A program made the position numbers and the translations under genes. A stretch of DNA of 64,000 bases, from the NCBI GenBank assembly GCA_963674755.2, contig CAXXVS010000003.1, positions 608,001 through 672,000 on the forward strand. Reading direction: 5' to 3'. Positions 1 to 8,808 of this stretch are shown here, one piece after another; position 1 is the stretch's first letter, and the number at the start of each line of letters is the position of its first letter. The stretch is from Desulfobacterales bacterium (lineage in GTDB: Bacteria; Desulfobacterota; Desulfobacteria; Desulfobacterales; UBA5852). The notes below the pieces were generated by a model, which was not told the DNA's origin, ran no database searches, and worked only from the letters and a program-made list of their open reading frames with translations.

Positions 1-3000
1 TGGCCAGATCGGTGTTCACCGGCTCAAGCCCCCCCGGAATAGGATCGTTGACCACGACGAAATGACGCGCCGTGGGCACGGAGACGAAGAGATCGACCTT
101 CGCCAGCTCGCCGCGCCTGATCTCCATGGGGCTTTCCAGCAGAACGAACGCGCCGTCCCGCTCCACGGAATATTCCCGCCGGATCTCGATGCCCGCGTTG
201 ATGCGGTCCGCGGCCCCTTCCTTGAGGGCATAGGTCATCCGGGCCGCGTAGTAGAGGCGGCCGGGGCCCTGCTTGGTGATGTGCATGGTCTCGGAACGGC
301 CCGGGTCGCCGGAACGGATCGGCCGGCTGACCGTCACCTGCGGGTCGGACCGGTTCGTGAACGTGGCCTCGCCCAGGGGTTCGTCGTCGAGCCGGACCGC
401 CACCTGCATATCGGGTTGGTCCTTTTCGTAAATCGCCGCATAGTCCATCAGGGCATTGGTGCAGAAGAGATTCTCCTGGGTGTTGTCCCAGTGGTCCCGA
501 TTGCCCCTGCTCTGGGTGATGCTGCGGACCAGCTTGAAGGGGATGTCGCCCACCGCGGCCTCCGGGCCGAGCTCGGACTGGGCGCTGAGCAGGCCCGAGA
601 GGATGGCGCAATTGGAACGCATCGGCGTCGCCAGGATGTATTTGTAGCTGTCGTCCCAGGGTTCGTTGAATTGGAACTTCCCGCCGGATTGGCTGGCCGC
701 GCCGAGAATGGCGTCGATCGTGGTGCGGACGGTGCTTGGGGGCACCTTCGCGGTCTTGACGGCGGCCTGCAGGAAATGCGCTTTGCCGAAGAGGTCCATC
801 TCCGGCAGGTGGGAGGCATACCGATCCACGTCCGCGGCGGACACCTTGCCGGCCTCCGCCAGGGCTGCCAGGGCCACCGCCCGGACCGACGAGGCCATCC
901 CGCGGCTGAAAAAGGTGGGGAATTCATCCCGGCGCAGCAGGTTCAACAGGTAGTCATGCAGCTTGTTCGCAACTTCGGCCGGTATGGTGTGCCCGCTTTT
1001 TCCCAGCCAGTTGAAAGCCAGGGCCGTGTAGGCGGAGAGATAGGGGCTGACGTGGTCGTTGGTGGGGACCCAATAGGCCATGCCGCCATTGGGCGCCTGG
1101 AAGTTGGCGGCCGCCCCCAGCGCCCCGGCGATGTCGCCGGCGGGGTCGGGCCACTGGGTCGCGGCATCCAGATAGGGGTGCAGGGCGACATAGCCGTTGG
1201 CCATTACGGCCTTGGTCAGCCGCTGTTCCCAACACATGTAGGGATAGTCTTGGACGTAGCGGAAGGCCCCGCTGAGATTGCCGATCACCGAAGGGGCGAG
1301 CACGGCTTCGATCACGCCTACATCGGCATGGGCGCCGGCCGGAACCCGCATCGATTCGTCGACTGCGGCGGCCGTGGTGGTGCCGTAGCTGGCCGCGGTT
1401 TCCAGCGCGCGGCGTTTATGCACCGGCACGGTGTGCGCGATCGCATCGCCGTCCACGGCATCGCGGGCCTCGGCCACGAATTTCAAATCGCCGCTGCCTT
1501 CCGTTGTCAGGGGCAGCCAGATGTTCGTTCGCTGGTAGGGCGCGAGGGGCACATCGTATGCAAACGCCCGTTGCGTCCCCTTGGCCAGCGGACCGGAAAC
1601 AGCAACCTTGACCTTGAGATGCCGCTCCCGGCCGGTGCGGTTCATCACGTTGAAGCCGGCCTTGAAAGCATCTCCCTCGATCAACTGATTGGGCATCACG
1701 GGGCGCAGTTCGGTCGGTCGGTTGACCTTGAAGCCCGCATCCCCCAGCCCCATGCGATCGTCCGGGTTCACGGCCAGGGCCAGGATCCGCCAACCGGTCA
1801 GATTGTCCGGGACCGAAAATTCGATTTCAGCCCGGCCGTCGCGATCCGGCCGGATCGAGGGGTTCCAGTAGCTGACGTATTTGAACAGGTTGCGCAGCTT
1901 CAAATAGGCCGCCCCGCCACCGCCGCCGGGGTTGGCCCCCTTCTTCTCGAACTTCTGCCGGCCCACCAGGCGGCTGATGAGGCTGTAGGTGTCGACGTCC
2001 AGGGGGTCCAGGTGGTTGAAGCCCGCATAGGGATCGTAGTAGCTCTTCCCGCGGCGGTTCAACGCCAGGACCGACTCGTCCACCACCGCGACGGCGATTT
2101 CGCAATCCGGCCGCCCGCCGAGTTTCCCGGGGTCGATCCGGATCCCGGCCTTGACCGTGCTCCTGGGCTTGTAAACTTCCCGATCGGTGGTCACCGTGAC
2201 GCCGATTTCCTTGTAGGGATCGGACACTGGCACGCTTACATAGCCCATGCGATAGCTTGGCTTGCCGAGATCGACCTGGCCGGGGCCGAGAGGTTTTTCG
2301 ACGCGGGGGGAGACCACGACCACCGAAAGGTAGAACCCCGGCAGGTAGTCGGGCTTGACCGGGACCTCGATAACCGGCGTACTGGTCGCCAGGGTCTCCA
2401 CCCAGCTGTCCAGAACGCCGTAGCGCTCCACGGTCACCAGCGCTTTCGCCCCCGGAAAGGGATTTTTGATCAGGTAGCGGGCCGTATCGCCGACTTTCCA
2501 GCGCTCTTGCTCGGCCATGATTTGCAGGGTCGCATCATTGGTCTGATCCCAGACGACGCTCCCCCTTCCCGTGACCCAGCCGTAGATCGTGGTCTGGTGC
2601 GGCCGCCCCTGGGAGTCCTTGATGGTCGCCACGAACTGGTAATAGCCGGGATGCTGCGGCGTGAATTGACAGGCTTGCGCCGTCTTGGCGCTCTCCAGGC
2701 GGCAGCGGGTTTCTTCGACCCACGCCATGATATTTTTGGTCAGGTAGGCATTGCCCGGTCCTTTGACACGGGACGCCTTGTATTCGCGGTGATTGACGAC
2801 AATCTCGACATCCACGCCCGGAACCGGTTCGCCCGCCTGGTTCACCACCAGCGCTTCCAGTTTCGCCGGCAGGCCCTTTTTGTAAAGCCACTGGGTATTG
2901 CGCAGGCCGACAAAGCGGTCGCGGCCGGCGTAGTCCGCCTTCGCCGTGGCGGCCACAAACTTGCCCCGGTCGTCCCGGACCGCGGCTTCGACCGTGATCG

Positions 3001-5833
3001 CACCGAAATAGATCCCCGTCTCGGGCAGGGTAAAGGCATCGACGTACTGCCCCGTGTTGTCCAGCTTGCCCCGGATGTCGAGCAGCAGGCTTTGTTCCCG
3101 GTTCAAATGGCTGCCGCTGCGGCTGCCGAAGGTAAAGCCTTTGGCCTGGGGGTTGCCGGTCGTAAACGGTTTCGGGGCCAGGGTCGCCGTCAGCCGGATC
3201 TCCGCGGCGGAGAAGGGGCCGCCGGAATGCAGGGTTGCCAGGGAGGTCACTTCCACCTGGTCCTTGGCCTTGAACAGGTCCCCGTTGAGCTCCGTCTTCA
3301 CCTTGAAGGGCGAGGGGGTGAAATCGCTGATCAGGACCGACATGGGGGTCCAGGTAAAGCGAGGTGTTTCCTCCCCGGATGTTTTGGACGGCATCAGGCG
3401 AAACTGATACCACCCGACCGCGCCCTGTTCGGGCACCTTGAATTGTCCGTCGCAGGCCCCGAATTCATTCAGGGTGATGTCGTGCAACTCATGAACGATT
3501 TTATCCTGCGGATCGACCACTTGCAGCGCATACCCTTCCCGTCGGGGAGCGATCCAGTGGGTGTTGCTCTGCTCCCGAACATAAATCTTGTACTGAACCG
3601 TATCCCCCAGCTTGTAGATACCCTGGGCCGTCGTGCCCCAGCTGCGGGTATGCCCGCCGCGCTTCTCCAGGCGGGGATAGGTGCCGCTGCCCCGGACGGC
3701 AAAGTTGCCGTTTAAGGGAAGGAGGGCGATATCCCCATTGGCTTCGACTTTGGCGAAATACCCCGGATTGTTTTTACCGTAGCCGCCGTTGACGAACTTC
3801 AGATCGGGATCGAACGCGGCCAGCCCCGGCAGCCGGGCCAAGCCGTCGCGATCGGTCGCCGCCGCCGGCCCAAGCGTTTGCAGTTCGGTCAGATGATCGT
3901 AATCGCCCTTGAGCAGGGACACCTTGGCGTCCGTCACCGGCAGGCCGCTGTCGAAACGGGTCACCCAGGCCATGGAATTGAAGTGCCCCAGCTTGAAATG
4001 CACCTGGTAGGGCGTGACCTCGGCCAGAACCGCCGGGTCGCGATACCAGTCGGGCGGCACCGGATCCGGATGCAGATAGCCGTATAAGACTCCGGACGAT
4101 TCCCCCAGCAATTTCCTGACGCCCATCGGCATGGCATAGGCGATATCCTCGGGCCCCTTAACCGCCATCGTCTCCGTGAGCCCGGCACGCGCCTGTGAAC
4201 GCCCCAGCTTGTCATAGGCCACCGTCACCTTGTTCAGGTTGGTGACATAAAGCGGGACATCGCTGTCCACCCCTTTTTCCAGCACGGCGGCAAAATGGTT
4301 CAACACCAGGCGGGGTTCGCGATGGCTGGTAACGAAGCTGAAGTCCACCGGTTCGGCCAGGTGCCGGCCGAACTCATCCTGCAGCCGGGCGACATCGAAT
4401 GCGAGGGTATATTTCCGGGCCGCCTGCAAGGATTCCGGCAGCCAGACATTATAATGGCGTCCCTTGCGGTGCGGATAGTCCAGGCGGGTAAAATCGTACT
4501 GGTTTTCCCAGGGATCGTAGTCGTTGCGCCCTCCATCCAGCGGGGGGGAAAACGTGACATGGTCGCGCACCTGGGTGTTCTTCACCGGCGCGGAAAAGAT
4601 AAGCCCGATGGGGTTGAGGGGGACACAGCGATCCTGGACGCCTTGGCCTTGCGGCGCGCGCAGCTCGGCGAGCGAAAAATCCCGGGGGCGGCGTTCCCCC
4701 TTGGGTGTGCAGCGCAACCCTAGGAATTCGAATGGTGGATAGGTTTCGAAACTGACCAGGGTTCGCTTTTCCATACCGGTTTCCGGCCCCTCGCTCGAGA
4801 CGAGCCCCGGGGCGATGTCGAACCATATGGTTTCGCCCAGGGGTAGCTCCTGCCGGGGTTCGACCACCCAGATGCGGCGAGCCTCATCCTCGCCGACCTT
4901 GGTGTAGCGGTCATCGACGCCGGGCTGTTTCCCCTCCTCGGTCATCGCCAGCCACCAGGGCAGCTCTCGCGGCATATCGTCGGGAAAGGCCACCACCCCG
5001 ACGGGATGGGACTGCCCGGAGTGCCGTGCGGTCATGGTCAGGGTCGCTTCCACGGACGTTTTGGTCACCGGTTGATTGAAGGTGACCTGGATCAGCGGCG
5101 TCCCCGGCGACAGCCAGTTGACGAACCGCTGGAACTTTACCTTCGGCCGGGCCGTGACAAAGCTGTGCGTGACGGTCTTTTTCAGACGGGCGCCATGTTC
5201 CGTTGTGATACCCGGCGCCATGACCACCTCGTAGCGGGTGGCCGGTTTCATCCGGTCTTCTTCGCGCAGTTGGCAGGCCAGGGCGCTGGTATTCAGCCAG
5301 CGCCACTCGCAGGCCAGGGCCGGCGTCACCGTCACGGGAATTTCGGCGGCGCTGCGTTCCATTCGGCCGATGGGCACAACAGGACGGTCGAACTGAAAAA
5401 CGATCTGCCGCCCCGGCGGAACATCATCCCCTTTCGGGGTAATCCGCAAAAGCTTCAACGCTTGGCCGGCCGGCACGGCCGACGCATCGAAGGCCAGCAT
5501 GGCCGCAAGGTCTTCGTTCCGTTCGCGGTAGCTCTCCGCCAGACAGGCATCGTCCGCATGACCCTGGCGGCTGCATTTCTGGTTGCGGCTTTTAAGCCAT
5601 TCCAACTGCTCCGCTTTCACCCGGGCCGCCTCCTCGGCAGGCAGTCCATCGCGGACATTGCGGTAGAGCCGGGACAGCTTGACATCCTGCCGCGACAGGC
5701 TGTCGGAGGCGCAAATCGCCCGCTCCACCGGGTTGGATGCCTTGGTGCAGTCGAAACTGGGCCCGGCGGCCAGGGCGATATGGGTGACGCATAAAAAAAA
5801 CAGACCTGCAACGGCGATCATTCGTCGGTTCAT
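1..5833 (-). CDS. Alpha-2-macroglobulin (MG2/A2M) family protein with N-terminal LprI-like domain; 3' end lies outside the window
   Basis: Missing from the ORF track because the frame has no stop in the window. Manual translation from ATG 5833 gives a signal peptide MNRRMIAVAGLFFLCVTHIALA, then GPSFDCTKASNPVERAIC. Thioester motif DYPYMCWEQ has CWEQ at 1223-1234 in the same frame. C-terminal FVVVNDPIPGGLEPVNTDL is at the window edge. Confidence 0.92.
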   Translation of the reverse strand, partial: MNRRMIAVAGLFFLCVTHIALAAGPSFDCTKASNPVERAICASDSLSRQDVKLSRLYRNVRDGLPAEEAARVKAEQLEWLKSRNQKCSRQGHADDACLAESYRERNEDLAAMLAFDASAVPAGQALKLLRITPKGDDVPPGRQIVFQFDRPVVPIGRMERSAAEIPVTVTPALACEWRWLNTSALACQLREEDRMKPATRYEVVMAPGITTEHGARLKKTVTHSFVTARPKVKFQRFVNWLSPGTPLIQVTFNQPVTKTSVEATLTMTARHSGQSHPVGVVAFPDDMPRELPWWLAMTEEGKQPGVDDRYTKVGEDEARRIWVVEPRQELPLGETIWFDIAPGLVSSEGPETGMEKRTLVSFETYPPFEFLGLRCTPKGERRPRDFSLAELRAPQGQGVQDRCVPLNPIGLIFSAPVKNTQVRDHVTFSPPLDGGRNDYDPWENQYDFTRLDYPHRKGRHYNVWLPESLQAARKYTLAFDVARLQDEFGRHLAEPVDFSFVTSHREPRLVLNHFAAVLEKGVDSDVPLYVTNLNKVTVAYDKLGRSQARAGLTETMAVKGPEDIAYAMPMGVRKLLGESSGVLYGYLHPDPVPPDWYRDPAVLAEVTPYQVHFKLGHFNSMAWVTRFDSGLPVTDAKVSLLKGDYDHLTELQTLGPAAATDRDGLARLPGLAAFDPDLKFVNGGYGKNNPGYFAKVEANGDIALLPLNGNFAVRGSGTYPRLEKRGGHTRSWGTTAQGIYKLGDTVQYKIYVREQSNTHWIAPRREGYALQVVDPQDKIVHELHDITLNEFGACDGQFKVPEQGAVGWYQFRLMPSKTSGEETPRFTWTPMSVLISDFTPSPFKVKTELNGDLFKAKDQVEVTSLATLHSGGPFSAAEIRLTATLAPKPFTTGNPQAKGFTFGSRSGSHLNREQSLLLDIRGKLDNTGQYVDAFTLPETGIYFGAITVEAAVRDDRGKFVAATAKADYAGRDRFVGLRNTQWLYKKGLPAKLEALVVNQAGEPVPGVDVEIVVNHREYKASRVKGPGNAYLTKNIMAWVEETRCRLESAKTAQACQFTPQHPGYYQFVATIKDSQGRPHQTTIYGWVTGRGSVVWDQTNDATLQIMAEQERWKVGDTARYLIKNPFPGAKALVTVERYGVLDSWVETLATSTPVIEVPVKPDYLPGFYLSVVVVSPRVEKPLGPGQVDLGKPSYRMGYVSVPVSDPYKEIGVTVTTDREVYKPRSTVKAGIRIDPGKLGGRPDCEIAVAVVDESVLALNRRGKSYYDPYAGFNHLDPLDVDTYSLISRLVGRQKFEKKGANPGGGGGAAYLKLRNLFKYVSYWNPSIRPDRDGRAEIEFSVPDNLTGWRILALAVNPDDRMGLGDAGFKVNRPTELRPVMPNQLIEGDAFKAGFNVMNRTGRERHLKVKVAVSGPLAKGTQRAFAYDVPLAPYQRTNIWLPLTTEGSGDLKFVAEARDAVDGDAIAHTVPVHKRRALETAASYGTTTAAAVDESMRVPAGAHADVGVIEAVLAPSVIGNLSGAFRYVQDYPYMCWEQRLTKAVMANGYVALHPYLDAATQWPDPAGDIAGALGAAANFQAPNGGMAYWVPTNDHVSPYLSAYTALAFNWLGKSGHTIPAEVANKLHDYLLNLLRRDEFPTFFSRGMASSVRAVALAALAEAGKVSAADVDRYASHLPEMDLFGKAHFLQAAVKTAKVPPSTVRTTIDAILGAASQSGGKFQFNEPWDDSYKYILATPMRSNCAILSGLLSAQSELGPEAAVGDIPFKLVRSITQSRGNRDHWDNTQENLFCTNALMDYAAIYEKDQPDMQVAVRLDDEPLGEATFTNRSDPQVTVSRPIRSGDPGRSETMHITKQGPGRLYYAARMTYALKEGAADRINAGIEIRREYSVERDGAFVLLESPMEIRRGELAKVDLFVSVPTARHFVVVNDPIPGGLEPVNTDLA

Positions 5834-5969
5834 TTCCCATCCCGATGGTTTGAGATACGTTTTCCATCCCGCTTTCGCATAGCCCGGGAAGATGGCTCCC
5901 ATCCTTCTATTAATTCGCATTTACTTCCTCATCTATATATAGAAAAGAGTTTGGAACGATCACGGGAGA

Positions 5970-6566
5970 CTATTTAGGCAGTTTATAGGACACGTTGCCG
6001 TCCTTGACCACGATGTATTTTTTCTGCTGGAGGGTATCGATGATGGCCGTCAGCTCCTTTTCCTGGAGCTTCTGGGTGAACAGGGAATTGATGGTGTTGG
6101 TGAGCGTCTTGACCTTGCGCGGCCGGGACTGGCCGCGGCCGGCCAGGTTTTTCACGATGGCGTCGATCTTTTCATCGCTGCTCTTGGCCTTGGACATGCG
6201 CAGCGCCGGGATTTCGGCCAGGTCTTTTTCCCGCTGCACCCTTATTTTGATACCCTTCAGGTGCTTGATGAGGGGGTCGAAGCCGGTGTCCTTGGAGATG
6301 ATGTGAAAATTGGCGTCCGGCTCCTGGCTGGCGAGCTGGCCGATGTAAAACGCGATATGAAAATCGAGGGCGTTTTTGCCGTTGCCGCTGATCTTGATGT
6401 AGCGGGCCTTGTCCCCCAGCTTCTGCATGGCTTCGGCCAGGTCGTAGGGCACCTTGGCCTGGCTGGCGCCGACGAACACCAGCACCGTGAAGGGATGGCG
6501 GGAAAGGATTTCCAGGTTTTTGGGACGAACGTTTTCGAAGTCGATCAGCACGTAGTTGGTGGGCAA
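5970..6566 (-). CDS. PIN/NYN-like domain protein
   Basis: 198 aa; motifs LIDFENV, GKNALDFHIAFYIG and IISKDTGFD carry the PIN-like acidic residues; GGAG lies before the TTG start. Confidence 0.85.
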   Translation of the reverse strand: MPTNYVLIDFENVRPKNLEILSRHPFTVLVFVGASQAKVPYDLAEAMQKLGDKARYIKISGNGKNALDFHIAFYIGQLASQEPDANFHIISKDTGFDPLIKHLKGIKIRVQREKDLAEIPALRMSKAKSSDEKIDAIVKNLAGRGQSRPRKVKTLTNTINSLFTQKLQEKELTAIIDTLQQKKYIVVKDGNVSYKLPK

Positions 6567-6628
6567 GGAGTACTCCCTTCTTCTGGCAAACGTTCATGGG
6601 AATGTTTTGGTCGGGTCTCCGGTTGGAG

Positions 6629-6699
6629 GTTTAACGTCGTGTATTACCCGTGAGCCGGGCGATAGTCCTGCGAATTGGAGGTAGATGCGCTTATTATCT
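6629..6699 (-). mobile_element. Integron attC-like recombination site 1 (R'' core degenerate)
   Basis: Minus strand reads AGATAAT-aagcg-CATCTACC...GGTAATA-cacgac-GTTAAAC. R' matches GTTRRRY. The L boxes pair on the bottom strand with one extrahelical base and G-T wobbles. R'' AGATAAT is complementary at 6/7 positions to GTTATCT at the start of the DUF3800 cassette. Confidence 0.65.
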
Positions 6700-6736
6700 T
6701 GTTGTTTTTATTCACTATGCTTATCCAAAACAAAAC

Positions 6737-6774
6737 TTGACAATTCTGTCTCAATGAATTACCGTAATTATAAT
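6737..6774 (+). promoter_or_regulatory. Sigma70-type promoter for the small RNA
   Basis: TTGACA (6737-6742), 17-nt spacer, TACCGT (6760-6765); a perfect TATAAT also occurs at 6769-6774. No plausible plus-strand CDS follows. Confidence 0.55.
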
Positions 6775-6829
6775 CCACTTAAGTGGAGGTGGATGGCAAC
6801 CTGCCATCGGGGCCGAAAGGCCCTTTTTT
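6772..6829 (+). ncRNA. Candidate DUF3800-associated small structured RNA (~50-58 nt)
   Basis: Hairpin GATGGCA-ACC-TGCCATC (6792-6808), then GGGCC-GAAA-GGCCC (6810-6823) and T6. It ends 5 nt from the DUF3800 stop codon. DUF3800 genes are known to co-occur with structured RNA motifs. Confidence 0.6.
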
Positions 6830-6834
6830 ATTGC

Positions 6835-7608
6835 CTATAAAAATTTCTTGCCAAAAATCCTGCCGCCCTGTTGATAGTATTTATTTTGCAATATTGAGAT
6901 TATCTTACTTGCAAAAGGGGCTATGGGTCTTTCTAATAATTTGTTCTCGTTTAATATTTCATTTCGGCTTGGGTGAGCGACGAGATCTGCTAGTTGAAGC
7001 CCAGAAATATTATTTGCTTTGGGTTTGACCTTCAACTGCTTGCTGGTTAATACTTCCTGAAATGCGTCAGGCAGTATAAATTGAGTGCCTTCGTTCCAAA
7101 GTTTGAGAAATGATGCCTTAAGCCTTTTATCTTCCTTACCACCTCTTGACTCTGCCATCACATCGCCATGAGTGTTTTTGGCCGATAAGAAGAAACTGAA
7201 TCGCTCAAGTAAAATTGCTAAACAATAATGATACGGATCATACCTCCATACCTGGTATGTATCCTTGTGAGATTTTTTGTCTAGACATACAGTGATAACT
7301 ATATAATCCCATTGCCTTAATAGTGATAATAAATCGCTATCAAAAGCCTTTTTCGTTTCCTCCCTTCTAAGTGCATCAAAAGGACGCTTTGCGTTAACAA
7401 GTTCTTTTCTATGAAAAATAAGCGGTTCGTCTGGATGATAATTGAAAAATTTTGCTTTTAATCCTTCCATTTCTGGAAACAACTTATCTCTTACGTACTC
7501 AAGATCGATAATAACACCTGTAAGGCTTAAAAATCTATGAAGTGGGTTGTCTGAACTGTTTAAATCAGAATTTCCAACTTCATCTATGTACATTCTATAT
7601 TTCGTCAT
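6835..7608 (-). CDS. DUF3800 domain protein (RNase H-like fold)
   Basis: 257 aa, AT-rich. N-terminal MYIDEVG, FH, ESR and C-terminal GLQLADLVAH are typical DUF3800 motifs. Confidence 0.88.
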   Translation of the reverse strand: MTKYRMYIDEVGNSDLNSSDNPLHRFLSLTGVIIDLEYVRDKLFPEMEGLKAKFFNYHPDEPLIFHRKELVNAKRPFDALRREETKKAFDSDLLSLLRQWDYIVITVCLDKKSHKDTYQVWRYDPYHYCLAILLERFSFFLSAKNTHGDVMAESRGGKEDKRLKASFLKLWNEGTQFILPDAFQEVLTSKQLKVKPKANNISGLQLADLVAHPSRNEILNENKLLERPIAPFASKIISILQNKYYQQGGRIFGKKFL

Positions 7609-7617
7609 AGTTCAAGA

Positions 7618-7686
7618 AGATAACGGTAAGCTCGCCAGACACAAGGGCAGCACGGCCCTTGTGTCTGGTGTGGCGTCAGGTTAGAG
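7618..7686 (-). mobile_element. Integron attC-like recombination site 2
   Basis: Minus strand reads CTCTAAC-ctgac-GCCACACC...GGCGAGC-ttacc-GTTATCT (69 bp). It contains a perfect 14-bp stem (7635-7648/7655-7668) and lies 15 nt after one stop codon and 9 nt before the next ATG. Confidence 0.75.
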
Positions 7687-7701
7687 GCCCACTCCAAATC
7701 A

Positions 7702-8808
7702 TCATGCATCTTTAGATAATTTTAATAAAAACGACATTGCATTCCTTCTTTCTATATCCCTCTTGGCTTTTAAATAATCAACAACATCAGGGATAGCTGG
7801 TGCTAATGCGGAAGCAAATAGCGTTAACGCTCCTGCAATTCCCAAATTTGCAAGATATGATAATGATAGTGACGGGAACTCCCATTTAACAATTTTTTTC
7901 ATTACATCAGAAAAAATATCGTCACGAATAGCACGCATCTCATTTTTATATTCAACTACACGAGGAGCAAAATCAGTGGCTATAATCTTCGCAATTTCGT
8001 CTTGAGATATGTTGCCTTCGATATTACCGATTTCCGCTGCTGCTCTATTTACCTCAGTGATCCATGAGGAATAGGCATCTTTCGCCTTTTCTCGGTACTC
8101 TAGTATGTCAGTTATCTTTAGAATCTGAAGGGCCTCATCTGGTATAACAGAATTAGCAATGGTCAAACCAATATATGGTGCGTGTCTCGATGTGCCTCCA
8201 ACATAAGCAGAATCCGATGTTCTCAGACCAATCAATTTTGCAATATAAGGATCTTCAGATATAGGAATTGTATTTGTTTCTCCAGCCACTAATACAGCAC
8301 TCGTTGTTTTTATAGATGCTTCAATCAAAATCGTCTTAAAGGTTTCTTCACGGCGTTGTGGAGTTGAAACATCGAACATATTTTGGCCATCAACATCCAA
8401 ATTAAATGTGCCATTTAATAGTTCTTTATCTTGGCGTAACGCATTCGCAATTTCTTGACCTGTGCCGCTACCATAGTTTGCACCAAACTGAATAAATTTT
8501 GATGCGAATTCATCACTAGAACGAAAACCATCGAGAACCACTTGAGTAAAGATGGGATTGTTAATATCTGCCTCAATATAGGGAGTGTAAAGAACTTGAG
8601 CAGGACCGGATGGAGGCTTAAATATATCAATATGAACTGGAGAGATAGACCAATCGATTCTTCTCGCATAAGAATCGTGGCCAATTGTTCCCCAATTCTT
8701 GAAAGTGACTGAAGGCCTATCCATAAAATAGATACCTTCAGCCACTACTAGCATCCTTTTTAAAACTAGCTGATCGCAAAATTCATTTCCACTATAAAGT
8801 AGCTTCAT
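7702..8808 (-). CDS. Hypothetical protein (AT-rich, probable gene cassette) with C-terminal hydrophobic segment
   Basis: 368-aa ORF with GAGG before the ATG; no family recognised with confidence. Confidence 0.8.
   Translation of the reverse strand: MKLLYSGNEFCDQLVLKRMLVVAEGIYFMDRPSVTFKNWGTIGHDSYARRIDWSISPVHIDIFKPPSGPAQVLYTPYIEADINNPIFTQVVLDGFRSSDEFASKFIQFGANYGSGTGQEIANALRQDKELLNGTFNLDVDGQNMFDVSTPQRREETFKTILIEASIKTTSAVLVAGETNTIPISEDPYIAKLIGLRTSDSAYVGGTSRHAPYIGLTIANSVIPDEALQILKITDILEYREKAKDAYSSWITEVNRAAAEIGNIEGNISQDEIAKIIATDFAPRVVEYKNEMRAIRDDIFSDVMKKIVKWEFPSLSLSYLANLGIAGALTLFASALAPAIPDVVDYLKAKRDIERRNAMSFLLKLSKDA

Noticed and set aside
62..3715. 1217-aa plus-strand ORF
   Set aside because: In-register antisense shadow of the A2M gene; no recognisable motifs. 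Such shadows are common in GC-rich coding DNA.
6783..7028. 81-aa plus-strand ORF starting behind the small-RNA promoter
   Set aside because: No RBS, interrupted by the U6 terminator after about 45 nt, and antisense to DUF3800.
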